From a virus, in IMG/VR virus record IMGVR_UViG_3300044714_000074, positions 9,016 through 73,015 of that record: 64,000 nt of DNA; one strand, given 5' to 3'. Position 1 is the first letter of the stretch, and each line of letters begins with the position of its first letter. The notes beneath the pieces were generated by a model. That model did no database searches and had not been told where the DNA came from. It saw nothing but the letters and a program-made list of their open reading frames with translations. The position numbers and the translations under genes are program-made. Positions 46,789 to 56,025 of this stretch are shown piece after piece.

Positions 46789-47591
46789 GGCCGATAGGTC
46801 GCCGCGATATGACGGCTGAGAGGCAGTGGTATCTTGGCGACCATTGCGGACGCCATCTTACGGGCACTTACATTGCTGCTCGATGTTCGCGGAGACTTCC
46901 AACCAAAAGCGTTAGAATGCTTGCGATCATAGCCATCGGCATCTTTGTGCTTCAAGCCAGACAAGGCGTGGACTGGGTTTTGATTGGTCACTTTCTGGCC
47001 TGGCGATCCGATATTGAACCACGATCCGCCGCTGTTTTTGACACTCTCCGATTGGAAGGAACGTCCAGAACCGTCAAACCGAAAGCCTGGATTTTTATGG
47101 GCGCGCGAAGTGAACGGCATCAATGCCGGCACGTCGCCCCAAAGGTAGAAGCTGCCAAATGACCAGCGAGCACGCCCGACCCACGGCTGGGCACCCTTGA
47201 CGTTCTCAATGATAAGCGGAACGCGACGCCCAGCCGCAAGAGACGCCTCGAATTGGATTCGCAGGCATGCCTTAAATAGACGCGTAAGCCGTTCAAGCTC
47301 CGCGCCAGTCGTATCGGCCCGGATCGCCGCCGCCTTGGCCTTCGCGCGCTTCCAAGGCATCGCCATGTAGGAGTATTCCTGACACGGCGGCGATGCGACG
47401 ATTAGGTCTGCGCCCCTGAACTGCGATCCGTGCAGCGTCAGCACGTCTTGCACGACCAGTTGCGCCGGATAGCGGTGCTCGCCGTATTGGTGGCGCTCAA
47501 TATCGAAGCCGATCACGTCGTAGCCCTCCGCTAGCAAGCCCTCGGTCCAGCCGCCGAGGCCGCAAAAGAGGTCGATTGCCAACGGTTTCAT
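46785..47591 (-). CDS. C5-cytosine DNA methyltransferase-like protein
   Basis: DLFCGLGG (motif I), ASPPCQ (IV), IENVKG (VI). Confidence 0.8.
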   Translation of the reverse strand: MKPLAIDLFCGLGGWTEGLLAEGYDVIGFDIERHQYGEHRYPAQLVVQDVLTLHGSQFRGADLIVASPPCQEYSYMAMPWKRAKAKAAAIRADTTGAELERLTRLFKACLRIQFEASLAAGRRVPLIIENVKGAQPWVGRARWSFGSFYLWGDVPALMPFTSRAHKNPGFRFDGSGRSFQSESVKNSGGSWFNIGSPGQKVTNQNPVHALSGLKHKDADGYDRKHSNAFGWKSPRTSSSNVSARKMASAMVAKIPLPLSRHIAATYRP

Positions 47592-48487
47592 CGCCCCAGG
47601 ATTCCCTTCACGGCCTCATCGTCGCCGCAGCCTTCCCCGGTCCCGACGATAACGATTCGCTGCGCCAGCATCCACCGATAGATCGAATGCTCGAGATGCT
47701 GGCCGGCGTAGCGTTTGGACAACGGGGGTAAGTCGGTGCGTTCTGGCGGTTCGTCGGCATCGCGCGATCCCGATGTCTTGCTCGGCGGTGACAGTTCGAT
47801 CACGGCGAGCTCGTCCGGGCTGGTGACGAGATGAACCTCTGCCGGCTCGAAATTGGCAACGAGGTCCGAGTCGATCGTCGGCATGAACGGCAGCGCGCGA
47901 CCATCGGCGAGAAGCGCCAGCGGGTGCGCCAGCCATAACCGGGCGGCGACGTTCGGCCCGGCTTGGAAATAAACCCGGGAGAGGTCGGCAGCGCGACCGT
48001 CCGGCCAAGTGCAGGCCGCCGCCATGGCATGCCGGTGCGACCATCCCCATTCCGATAGATCGCGGGAGCCGGCGCCGTGCGGCAGCACGCCCTCATCCTT
48101 GACCCTCGTCGCGTTGCAGCAGACCAGCTTCTTGTGCCGGCCGAAGAGCGCATCGCGGCAGGCCGTCAGCGTGTTCGCCGAGATCACCATATCGGCGGTC
48201 AGGAGGACGACGACCTCGCCTGGCTTGGCGATCCGCATGACGTCCCGATGCGCCCGCGACATGCAGTGGAACCACTGCTGGCCGGCCGGAACCGGACGCG
48301 TCTCGATCGCCAGCTCCGGCGTTCTATGCCGCGACAGCCAGTCCGGCGCGTCGGTGTGCGCGATCAGCGTCACCGATTCGCCGAGTGCGCGGGCCGCAGC
48401 GCGGAGCATCGGGAGGCCAGCGGCGCAGAAGACATCGACGAACCGCTGGCCCCACACCGGGACGGAGACCAGCCAACGCCGTCCCAT
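47588..48487 (-). CDS. GT-A-like protein, paralog 3
   Basis: VSVPVWG, VLLTAD, LAHPL, TIDSDL, VTSPDE...ELSP. Confidence 0.55.
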   Translation of the reverse strand: MGRRWLVSVPVWGQRFVDVFCAAGLPMLRAAARALGESVTLIAHTDAPDWLSRHRTPELAIETRPVPAGQQWFHCMSRAHRDVMRIAKPGEVVVLLTADMVISANTLTACRDALFGRHKKLVCCNATRVKDEGVLPHGAGSRDLSEWGWSHRHAMAAACTWPDGRAADLSRVYFQAGPNVAARLWLAHPLALLADGRALPFMPTIDSDLVANFEPAEVHLVTSPDELAVIELSPPSKTSGSRDADEPPERTDLPPLSKRYAGQHLEHSIYRWMLAQRIVIVGTGEGCGDDEAVKGILGR

Positions 48488-48510
48488 CGAAGTCCCCTGT
48501 TATCGCCGCG

Positions 48511-49224
48511 TCAGTGCGGAAATTGTCGGACCAACAAATCGTCCGGTATTGGCGCTTTGCCGGTCATCTGCTTCATGAAGAACGGAATTGCTAGGCGCTC
48601 GCATGATGATTTTGTCCAGCGCGCCCACTCGGCAGGCATCATTCGCGCTCGCGGCCCACTCTCCCCGCCGCAAATCAACCAATCGGGGTGCGACGGTTCA
48701 AAAGGAATGGACAGTGGCGCAAGCGCAGGCTCGTAACTGATAAAGCGAATGCGCGCCGATATAGCCGCCAAGGTCGGCCAATCGCGATCAAATTCATCTT
48801 GATCGCCGCAAGTGATCCCCAGCCACACATTCTCTGGCGCTGTCGGCCACGGTGCTAGGCGCTCGTAATTCTGGATGCGCTTAGTCAGCAATAGCCAGTC
48901 GAGTTCTGGCGTAGATCGGATAAGGTCTGCCAAATCCTCACGCCATTGCCTCGGAACCTGATTATCAAGCCAATCCGCCAATGAGGCACAGAATACGCGC
49001 GGACGCTTGCCGGTCAGCCGCGCGGCTTTGGCCCACTGTAGAGGCTTCCGCCAGTTTGCCTCACTGGTACGCCTGCGATCCTCGCCAGGACCCCATTTAA
49101 CGAGGCCGGATCGTTTCGCCCATCCCTCAGCGTAGCAGTTATCGCAGGGCGGTCCTACTTTCTGGCAACCGACCCACGGTTTGAACGTGTGATCAGTCCA
49201 CTCGATTTTGCTGTTCTCGCCCAT
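48511..49224 (-). CDS. phage Gp37/Gp68 family (DUF5131) protein, copy 2
   Basis: MGENSKIEWTDHTF...CQKVGPPCDNCYAE...GGESG...FFMKQ. Confidence 0.9.
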   Translation of the reverse strand: MGENSKIEWTDHTFKPWVGCQKVGPPCDNCYAEGWAKRSGLVKWGPGEDRRRTSEANWRKPLQWAKAARLTGKRPRVFCASLADWLDNQVPRQWREDLADLIRSTPELDWLLLTKRIQNYERLAPWPTAPENVWLGITCGDQDEFDRDWPTLAAISARIRFISYEPALAPLSIPFEPSHPDWLICGGESGPRARMMPAEWARWTKSSCERLAIPFFMKQMTGKAPIPDDLLVRQFPH

Positions 49225-49249
49225 CGGATTCCTCGCAGTGACGGCGCAA

Positions 49250-50104
49250 TCACGCCGCAAACTCCCCGCGCGCCCGTGCACGCGCTTCCTCTAGCGCCGC
49301 TTTACCTTTCGCCGTCAGCATTGATTCGGGAAGGTCTCTAAGTCCAAATTTCCACAAATAATAGCAGCGGCAGAAAGGAAGTTCTGCGGGGCGCTCGATT
49401 TCATCCACGTAACCCACGCCCGGCATCGGCTTGACCAAACCCGCCTTGTGCGCCCAGGAATCGCGGACCAGGAAAATATCCTTGCCGATGTCGCGCTCTT
49501 TGTGCGGCTCGCGCGCTTGGTATCCTGGCTGCCTCCAATTTGAGCGCCACTGCCCTGCTATCGCCCCGCCATCGGTGGCGAGGATTTCTGATAGCGAAGC
49601 CGTGAGTTTGTGGCCTTGGTCGATCAGAACGCGCCGTTCTTCAAACGGCAGCGACGAAAGTGCCTTGCGAACATCCTTCTTGGTCTGCCGCGTCTCTGCG
49701 GCCGCAGTGCCACCTTTCGGGATCGACGTCGCCCACCCCTGGAAACGCTGCAGCGTCTTGTCGATGGCCTGGTCCCGATTGAGTTTTATCAGATTGGCCG
49801 ACGCCATGATCCGGCGGTCGAGCTCGGAGCGGAGCGCCGGTCGTATCTTGTCAAGGGTGAAGCGCTCGACGCCAGGGTTCAGCTTCAGCAGGCCGCCCTG
49901 ATCAACCATCTTTCGGTAGATCGAGGCCAAGCCGTCGCGAAGGGATTGCTCCAGCGATTCGGGGCGGATCATTGACCGCTGCGCCGCCTCGCGGATCAGG
50001 CGCGACCATTTCGCGACGCGCTCGACGGAATCGAAGCCATTCTCGACGAGATCGTTTATGGCCGCCGAGAGTACCGAATAGAAATCATCCTTCGCCGCGG
50101 GCAT
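49250..50104 (-). CDS. head morphogenesis protein (Mu gpF / SPP1 gp7-like)
   Basis: IDQGHKL, REPHKERD, PAELPFCRC. Confidence 0.8.
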   Translation of the reverse strand: MPAAKDDFYSVLSAAINDLVENGFDSVERVAKWSRLIREAAQRSMIRPESLEQSLRDGLASIYRKMVDQGGLLKLNPGVERFTLDKIRPALRSELDRRIMASANLIKLNRDQAIDKTLQRFQGWATSIPKGGTAAAETRQTKKDVRKALSSLPFEERRVLIDQGHKLTASLSEILATDGGAIAGQWRSNWRQPGYQAREPHKERDIGKDIFLVRDSWAHKAGLVKPMPGVGYVDEIERPAELPFCRCYYLWKFGLRDLPESMLTAKGKAALEEARARARGEFAA

Positions 50105-50283
50105 GTGATCATCACGCCTCGCCGAGCCGAATATGGCTCAAATCGACCCGGTGCTCGTATCGTTCGATCCTGATGACCGGGAGGAGGATGATGAGCGCGG
50201 AGTCGGACGGATCGCGGTGCACGGCGTCCGGGTTCTTGCTGCGCTGTTCGTAGTCGGCGAATCGAATAATGGTGGCCGGCATG

Positions 50284-50478
50284 TCATTCCACCAAGCGTA
50301 GAGTTGGTTTATTTGGCGTCGCCTCAGCGGTCATCGGCTTGGAAATAAATTCAAGCGCCTCTTGCAGAGCGGCAATCACTCTCGGCTTCTCTTCAGCCGC
50401 AGGATACAAGCACAAACTGTCTTTGGTCGTGTCGTATGAAAACCATTCCCCAATTTCATCTTTTACAACGATGATCAC
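50284..50478 (-). CDS. hypothetical protein
   Basis: Small ORF with RBS. Confidence 0.45.
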   Translation of the reverse strand: MIIVVKDEIGEWFSYDTTKDSLCLYPAAEEKPRVIAALQEALEFISKPMTAEATPNKPTLRLVE

Positions 50479-50496
50479 GGTCGCTTTCCCCTGTCT

Positions 50497-52059
50497 TCAA
50501 GCGTTCAGCGTCTTTCCGTTCAGGTGCCCGTTCGGCTTCGGCGTGTGCCCGGCGAGCGGCGCGAGGAGATCGGGCTCGGCATCAATCTGGCGTCTTGCTG
50601 CCTTCCTGGCAACCCGGCGCTGCTCCTGCGAATCGTTCGCCGCGAACGGCTTCGGCTCCTTCGGCTCCTCGAGAGCCTGCTGCTGCGGCGGGACGTATTC
50701 CTCCAGCGCTTGGAGGTTGAGCTGCAGCGGGTTCTGGAACATCAGCTTGTCGCTGTTGATGTTGGCCTCCAGCCAACCCGCCACGATCGCCTTGTTCTCG
50801 GGATCGAGCGCCGGCGCCAGAACTTCCCACACCGCGATGATCGCCTTGAGCTTGACGTCCGCCGTCTTGACCTTCTCGGAGTCCGGCTCCGTCAGCAGGT
50901 TCGGCCATTCCGCCGCGAACGAGTTCGACCACTTGTAGAAGGCGTCCTCGTAGCGGAGGTCGGCATACTCCGGGAAATCGTTCTGGATCGTCTTGTAGAA
51001 CTCCGGCGTCCAGGCCCGGCGCATGATGATCGGGTCGAGGAAAGCGTAGACCGGCCGGATGTGGCGGCGAAAGGCGTCGACGAACCCGGCGACGAGCTTG
51101 GCATCCTCGGTGCCCTCGCCGAAGCCCTCCGCGAAGGTCTCCTGCTTGAGAATAATCGCCGGCATGTCTGCCGCGGTCGCGATGTTCTCCAGGATGTTCT
51201 TGCGGGAATTGCCGTAGGCGCCGTCAATGTTCTGCATGTTCAACGTCTCGATCTTCTCGTCCGTGCCGATCGAGATCACGTTGCCGTTGACGACGGTGGC
51301 GTCCTTGACGAAGAGCCGCTTCAGACCGGCGGACGCCGACATGATGGCGTCGATGATCGCGCCGGCGGTTTTCAGCATCGCGATGAAGACGCCGGCCTTC
51401 TTGGTCACCAGGTCGTCGGTGATCATTGTCTGGATGAACGACTTCAGCGGATAAAGCGCCCGCTGGAAGACGGAGCGGCCGACGAAGCCGTAGGCCGATG
51501 TCGTGTAGGCGATATAGACCGGCCGCTCGTGCATGAGCGTGACCGTCCGGGAGCGATGATACGCCTTGCCGGAAACCGCGATCGCGGTGACCTTCATGAA
51601 GTCGATCGAGCCTGGATCCTGGTTCAGCACCAGCGAGCCGGCGGTGTTCAGCGGATCGAAGACTGAGAACGCGATCTTCAGGTCGGCGTACTGCTTCGGG
51701 TCGATCGGTTCGCTCGGTGGCACGTCCTCGCAGACCGTTGCCAGCGACCCGATTCCGTAGGCGCGAGAAACCGCGACGACGTTGTGCACGACCTCATCGC
51801 AGCCGTCGGTTTCCCATTGCTTGACGAACTGATCGCGAACCCGCTCCATCTCCGGACTGTCCGGGACGCTGATCGTGCGGGCCTGGCTCTGCGCCATCGT
51901 GATCGGCCCCTCGACCATCTTCTTGCCGAGCGGATGGTAGAGCCAGAGCGCCTTGCAGGTCTCGTAGGACGGCTGGTCGCCAGGGACGATGTCTGGCGCG
52001 GTGAGCAGTTCGCTCAGCGCGTTGCCAAGGCCGGAGCCGTTGATGTCGACTTGGCCCAT
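50497..52059 (-). CDS. portal protein (DUF1073 family)
   Basis: 520 aa; YHPLGKK, HRSR, GFVGRSV, ATAADMP, GFGEGTED; follows terL. Confidence 0.85.
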   Translation of the reverse strand: MGQVDINGSGLGNALSELLTAPDIVPGDQPSYETCKALWLYHPLGKKMVEGPITMAQSQARTISVPDSPEMERVRDQFVKQWETDGCDEVVHNVVAVSRAYGIGSLATVCEDVPPSEPIDPKQYADLKIAFSVFDPLNTAGSLVLNQDPGSIDFMKVTAIAVSGKAYHRSRTVTLMHERPVYIAYTTSAYGFVGRSVFQRALYPLKSFIQTMITDDLVTKKAGVFIAMLKTAGAIIDAIMSASAGLKRLFVKDATVVNGNVISIGTDEKIETLNMQNIDGAYGNSRKNILENIATAADMPAIILKQETFAEGFGEGTEDAKLVAGFVDAFRRHIRPVYAFLDPIIMRRAWTPEFYKTIQNDFPEYADLRYEDAFYKWSNSFAAEWPNLLTEPDSEKVKTADVKLKAIIAVWEVLAPALDPENKAIVAGWLEANINSDKLMFQNPLQLNLQALEEYVPPQQQALEEPKEPKPFAANDSQEQRRVARKAARRQIDAEPDLLAPLAGHTPKPNGHLNGKTLNA

Positions 52060-52066
52060 AGCGGGA

Positions 52067-52327
52067 TCAGTTTCTTTCTCTGCGCACGCCTACGGTATTG
52101 GCGGCCTTGGTGATAGCCCCTTGCAGCATCTTCGGTTGGCGTGGCAAGTCCATCGTCTTTTTGCCATCAACTACCAGGAAGCCCCGCGTTTCGCAGACGC
52201 AGCATTCGTGTTCTCCGCACCAACCGCCATAACAATTCGGGCAGCCTATAATCTGGTCCAGAGATACGAGACCATCTTTCAATCCTTTAGTCTCGGTCAC
52301 AGAATTAATTCTTTGTTTGAGTATCAT
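52067..52327 (-). CDS. small Cys-rich hypothetical protein
   Basis: CPNC...CCVC. Confidence 0.45.
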   Translation of the reverse strand: MILKQRINSVTETKGLKDGLVSLDQIIGCPNCYGGWCGEHECCVCETRGFLVVDGKKTMDLPRQPKMLQGAITKAANTVGVRRERN

Positions 52328-52332
52328 TAGAA

Positions 52333-52722
52333 CTATCCCCTCAGCTTCATCGGCACCGAGCTCGGCGGCGGCGTGTGGACGATCGGCGCCTTCTGGATGC
52401 CGTCGGCAAAGGCGGATTGAATACCCTTGCGGACAATCGCAAGCGTGTTGATGTCGGACGAGACCGAGCCGGCAAGCAGGTTTCCCATCTGCCACGCCAC
52501 GATGTTGAGGATCATCGTCGGGTGAACTCCTGGGGAAGAGACTAGCGTGCCGCGGAGCATCATCCCGAAGGCTTGGCGGACGATGGGCCCGAGCGCGTTC
52601 GCTGCGGCCTGCGCCGCCGCCATCATCTCCGGCGTCGGCTGCGCGACGGCTCCGGGGTTCTTCTCCAGGTGCTTGAGGACTTCCGCGACCATGTTGGGGT
52701 CGGCGCCGTTGCCTTCGGTCAT
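52333..52722 (-). CDS. hypothetical protein
   Basis: GAGGGAG RBS; coupled ORF. Confidence 0.65.
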   Translation of the reverse strand: MTEGNGADPNMVAEVLKHLEKNPGAVAQPTPEMMAAAQAAANALGPIVRQAFGMMLRGTLVSSPGVHPTMILNIVAWQMGNLLAGSVSSDINTLAIVRKGIQSAFADGIQKAPIVHTPPPSSVPMKLRG

Positions 52723-52928
52723 TGCGTCCGCTCCCTCAACACACGATTAGCAGCCTTGATGGCATCAACCGCCCGCCACCGCAGCAGCCAGTCCGGCTCC
52801 CACCACCGCCGCTTGACGCCCCAGAGAATAGCGATCCGCGTCAACTCGTGGCCGCGCACCGGCTTCCGGCCGATCAAGGCCGTCATCGTGTAGCTGCGGT
52901 CTGAGTTCCAGGTCGGGCTGAACGACAT
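52719..52928 (-). CDS. hypothetical protein
   Basis: GGAGG RBS; coupled ORF. Confidence 0.5.
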   Translation of the reverse strand: MSFSPTWNSDRSYTMTALIGRKPVRGHELTRIAILWGVKRRWWEPDWLLRWRAVDAIKAANRVLRERTQ

Positions 52929-53022
52929 CAGAAGCCCTCCGCGTTGCCGAGCACCACGCTGTAATCACTTTCATCCAATACCAAGATACGCTATCTTTGG
53001 CAATACTCAAAGGGAGTTCTTT

Positions 53023-53694
53023 ATGGTTGCCAGATGCGCCGCTCGCGACGAAGCAAAAGCAAAGGGCGAGCTTTTTTACTTTACGGGAATCCCATGTCCC
53101 AAAGGACACTTAGCCCCTCGCTATACGAGCGTCTATAAATGCACTGAGTGTGCGAAAGACGAATTGAAGGCGAAAAGAGAACAAACTGCGGCCCGCCGAG
53201 CAGCCCGCCCTTTATCGGTGCGCGAGCAGGCTAAGGCCGATGGAGCTACCCGATACTTTACCGGAAAGGCGTGTCCGCGCGGACATTTTGCTGAGCGCGC
53301 CACAGTCAATGGAGTTTGCGTTGAATGCCAGCGCGAAGATCGCCTGCGTCGAAATGCAGATGATCCAATCGTTAGAAAAAAGCGCGCTCAATATCGCAAG
53401 AAAAACGCGGAACGGTATCGGTCACATGTCCGCAATCGTCGCGCCGCCGCCAAAGCTATTCCGGGATCGCACACTAAGGATGATATTCTGACGATCTTGG
53501 AGGCACAAAATTATCGCTGTGCATATTGCCGTCGATCAATTCGAAGAACTCATCATGTCGACCACATCATTGCCTTATCGAAGGGCGGCACCAACTGGCC
53601 AAGCAATCTTCAGCTTACTTGTTCCGGCTGCAATCTCCGCAAATGGAATAAGGACCCTGTCGATTTTGCTCAAGAACTCGGGAAATTACTTTAA
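53023..53694 (+). mobile_element. free-standing HNH homing endonuclease, antisense to the late operon
   Basis: Two YFTGxxCPxGH...CxEC repeats; CAYC...HVDHIIALSKGGTNWPSNLQLTCSGCN; lower GC. Confidence 0.9.
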
Positions 53695-55097
53695 AAGCCG
53701 TCGTTATTTCCAAGAGCGATTATAGCCGCGTAAAGTGCGCAGTCTAAAAGATCATCTTCGCGTTTGGCTGCTTCCTTGTCGCCGATTCGGAAGCCAACCA
53801 ACTGGCCGAGCAAATGATTACGAGCCGTTTCTTTATAGGTTGTGGTCTTGTCGTAGGCTGGCCGGGCCATCTTAACCATTCCGCGGTAAAAATAGCCACT
53901 CACAGACAATGCCCGCTCATCCTTGCCCATGGCGGTCAGCTTCGATTCGATGGCATGCGCCGGCCAGCCGCGTCGAATAGATTGCTGGATCAAGACCATG
54001 CCGGAGTTCTTGTCCTCGATAAAAGCCCCTAGCGAACCCGTGCGCGCCTTGCAGGTGCGCGCCAGATGCTCGAGATGTTGGAAGACGGTCGGCAGCCAGG
54101 TCTCGAGCAGCGCGCCTTCGATCTGGCGGATGTCCCAATCGAGGATGACGAGGTTGTGGGCTGGACCGACTGTGCCATCGGCGTTCACCGGCCGGATCGG
54201 ATTGCGGACCACGGCGCAATAGATGACCGCGGTCCCGTCGTGCTCTTTGCCGGTCTTCGTGGCGGTGTCGATGACTGCGAAGACACCTTCGCATCGAACA
54301 GGCAACTCCAATGGCTCACCATTGACCAGCAAGCTATCCCGAGTGAAAAAAGCGGCCCCTGAAAAATCGACGAAGTCAGCAAGGAACTCCTGCTGATAAA
54401 CCAGTGGCGGCGTGTTTTTCAGGAGATCGACGAAATAGGCTTCGCGCCTGAGCTGCCATTGTTCCAGAGTTTCGCCGGCGTTGCGCAGCGGGATCAGTGG
54501 ATTGCTCATCGTCGGCGCGTGAAAATCAATGAAGCCGAACCGCGATATTTTTTCCCCTCGATCCTCATAGGGACAGATCGCGCGCATCGGATTGTCGGGC
54601 TCGATGCCGTTCGTGTTCGACATAATGATCGCGGAGCCATCGTAATCCAACAGCGTGGGTTCGATCGAGCGCTGCCAAGTATCAATGGCCTGCGGCTTTG
54701 CGAAGCCGAACTCGTCGATGATCACTCGGTGATACTTGCGTGACCGCCCGGCGTTCTCGTCCTCCAGTGACCAGAACTCGACCTTCCCGCCGGTGATCGA
54801 TTCGATGATGCCTTCGGTTTTCGAGGACCGCTTCTTTGCCGCCTCGATCTGCTCGGCGATGACGTTGTAGGATTCGGAGAGCCGTTTGTGCTCCGGCGCG
54901 AACCAGCCGACCAGGCGCCCCTTGCAGGCGTCGGAGACCGCGATCGATTCGCCGAAAACGTTCTTACCCCACCTTCTTCCGCAGCGCGCCGCCTTGCGCT
55001 TGCCCTTCAGGCGGAACAGCTGAACCTGCGCCGGGTGGAACGTCGGCAGCGCGATCCGTGCCTTGCTCGGCTCCGGCTGCGGGATGTTGAGCGCCAT
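53691..55097 (-). CDS. terL: terminase large subunit
   Basis: HPAQ, CGRRWGK (Walker A), IIDE (Walker B), YQQEFLADF, IDTA...HDGT, DDLLD. Confidence 0.9.
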   Translation of the reverse strand: MALNIPQPEPSKARIALPTFHPAQVQLFRLKGKRKAARCGRRWGKNVFGESIAVSDACKGRLVGWFAPEHKRLSESYNVIAEQIEAAKKRSSKTEGIIESITGGKVEFWSLEDENAGRSRKYHRVIIDEFGFAKPQAIDTWQRSIEPTLLDYDGSAIIMSNTNGIEPDNPMRAICPYEDRGEKISRFGFIDFHAPTMSNPLIPLRNAGETLEQWQLRREAYFVDLLKNTPPLVYQQEFLADFVDFSGAAFFTRDSLLVNGEPLELPVRCEGVFAVIDTATKTGKEHDGTAVIYCAVVRNPIRPVNADGTVGPAHNLVILDWDIRQIEGALLETWLPTVFQHLEHLARTCKARTGSLGAFIEDKNSGMVLIQQSIRRGWPAHAIESKLTAMGKDERALSVSGYFYRGMVKMARPAYDKTTTYKETARNHLLGQLVGFRIGDKEAAKREDDLLDCALYAAIIALGNNDGF

Positions 55098-55176
55098 CCG
55101 AAGTGGATTCGGAGATCGCGTCGCCAATGCGGCATTGGTGATGTCGAGCATGGCCTTTGCGCCGCGAAAATGCGGG

Positions 55177-55455
55177 TTATTTTGTTTCTCCGCTGCGGTG
55201 CTTCTCGCTGGCATTTTTGGCAATGTCCATCAGCTCCATCTTAGCGAGTTCGGCTTTGATAGTGGATACTGCCGTCTCGATGGTTTTGTTATCCATCGGA
55301 TCAAAGGGCTTTTGCCGATCAGCGCGAGCTTTCATCAGAAGCCCGATCGCTTCGTCCATATCGCGCGTATCATAAATGATGCCGCCTATAGTGACCTGCT
55401 TTACCATTTCGCCGGCTTTGTTGAAGGCACCCATGGTACTTACGATGATTGGCAT
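55177..55455 (-). CDS. hypothetical protein
   Basis: AGGAG RBS. Confidence 0.55.
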   Translation of the reverse strand: MPIIVSTMGAFNKAGEMVKQVTIGGIIYDTRDMDEAIGLLMKARADRQKPFDPMDNKTIETAVSTIKAELAKMELMDIAKNASEKHRSGETK

Positions 55456-55501
55456 TTTACTCTCCTATGTTTTGGCAGTGACGGCGCAAAAACTCGGTGC
55501 C

Positions 55502-55741
55502 TTAAAGATTGAAGTCGGACTTGTAGAAGCGATTCGTGGCGACCGGCCTTCTTACCCGCTTCGTCACGCCCTCAGCTCGGAACAAACCGTAGTATTTGCT
55601 GACGACTCGCGACGAGCATTTTAGCTTGCGAGCAACAAATCCGATTTTCTGACCGGCACAATATGCCTCTTTGATCTCGGCGATCTCAGCTTCGGTCAGA
55701 TGCTGGCCGTGGCCACGGGGTTTGTCCCAGGTGTCTTTCAT
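55502..55741 (-). CDS. small HTH-like protein
   Basis: LTEAEIAEIK...VARKLKCSSRVVSKY. Confidence 0.55.
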   Translation of the reverse strand: MKDTWDKPRGHGQHLTEAEIAEIKEAYCAGQKIGFVARKLKCSSRVVSKYYGLFRAEGVTKRVRRPVATNRFYKSDFNL

Positions 55742-56025
55742 GCTGAGACCTCGTTCATGTCGTGCCAAGTATGGAAATATTCGCCGGGCCGCAAAACAAT
55801 CGGCAATGCACCGGCGCATGGATATACGAACATCACATCATCGCCCGTATTTGTTATGGTGAATGTCTCTCCAGAACGGCAATCCTTGGGGATCACCGTG
55901 ATCCCGCCATTAAATCGAACTGGCACAAGAGATGATTTGATCGGCATCAGCAATCCAGGCCGAATAATTGCCGGAGCCGCGAGTGCCGAAACTAAGCCAG
56001 CGATAAATCCACGTCGCTTGATCAT
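55738..56025 (-). CDS. small protein with a twin-arginine-like N-terminus
   Basis: MIKRRGFIAGLVSALAAPAII. Confidence 0.55.
   Translation of the reverse strand: MIKRRGFIAGLVSALAAPAIIRPGLLMPIKSSLVPVRFNGGITVIPKDCRSGETFTITNTGDDVMFVYPCAGALPIVLRPGEYFHTWHDMNEVSA

Noticed and set aside
14656-48736. Many long + strand ORFs (e.g. 16394-17620, 24795-26252, 39826-41211, 43093-44238)
   Set aside because: Antisense shadows of GC3-rich minus-strand genes, with no recognisable motifs
50497-52059. Possible anti-CBASS Acb1 label that databases attach to DUF1073 proteins
   Set aside because: Size and position indicate a portal protein; no 2H phosphoesterase domain seen
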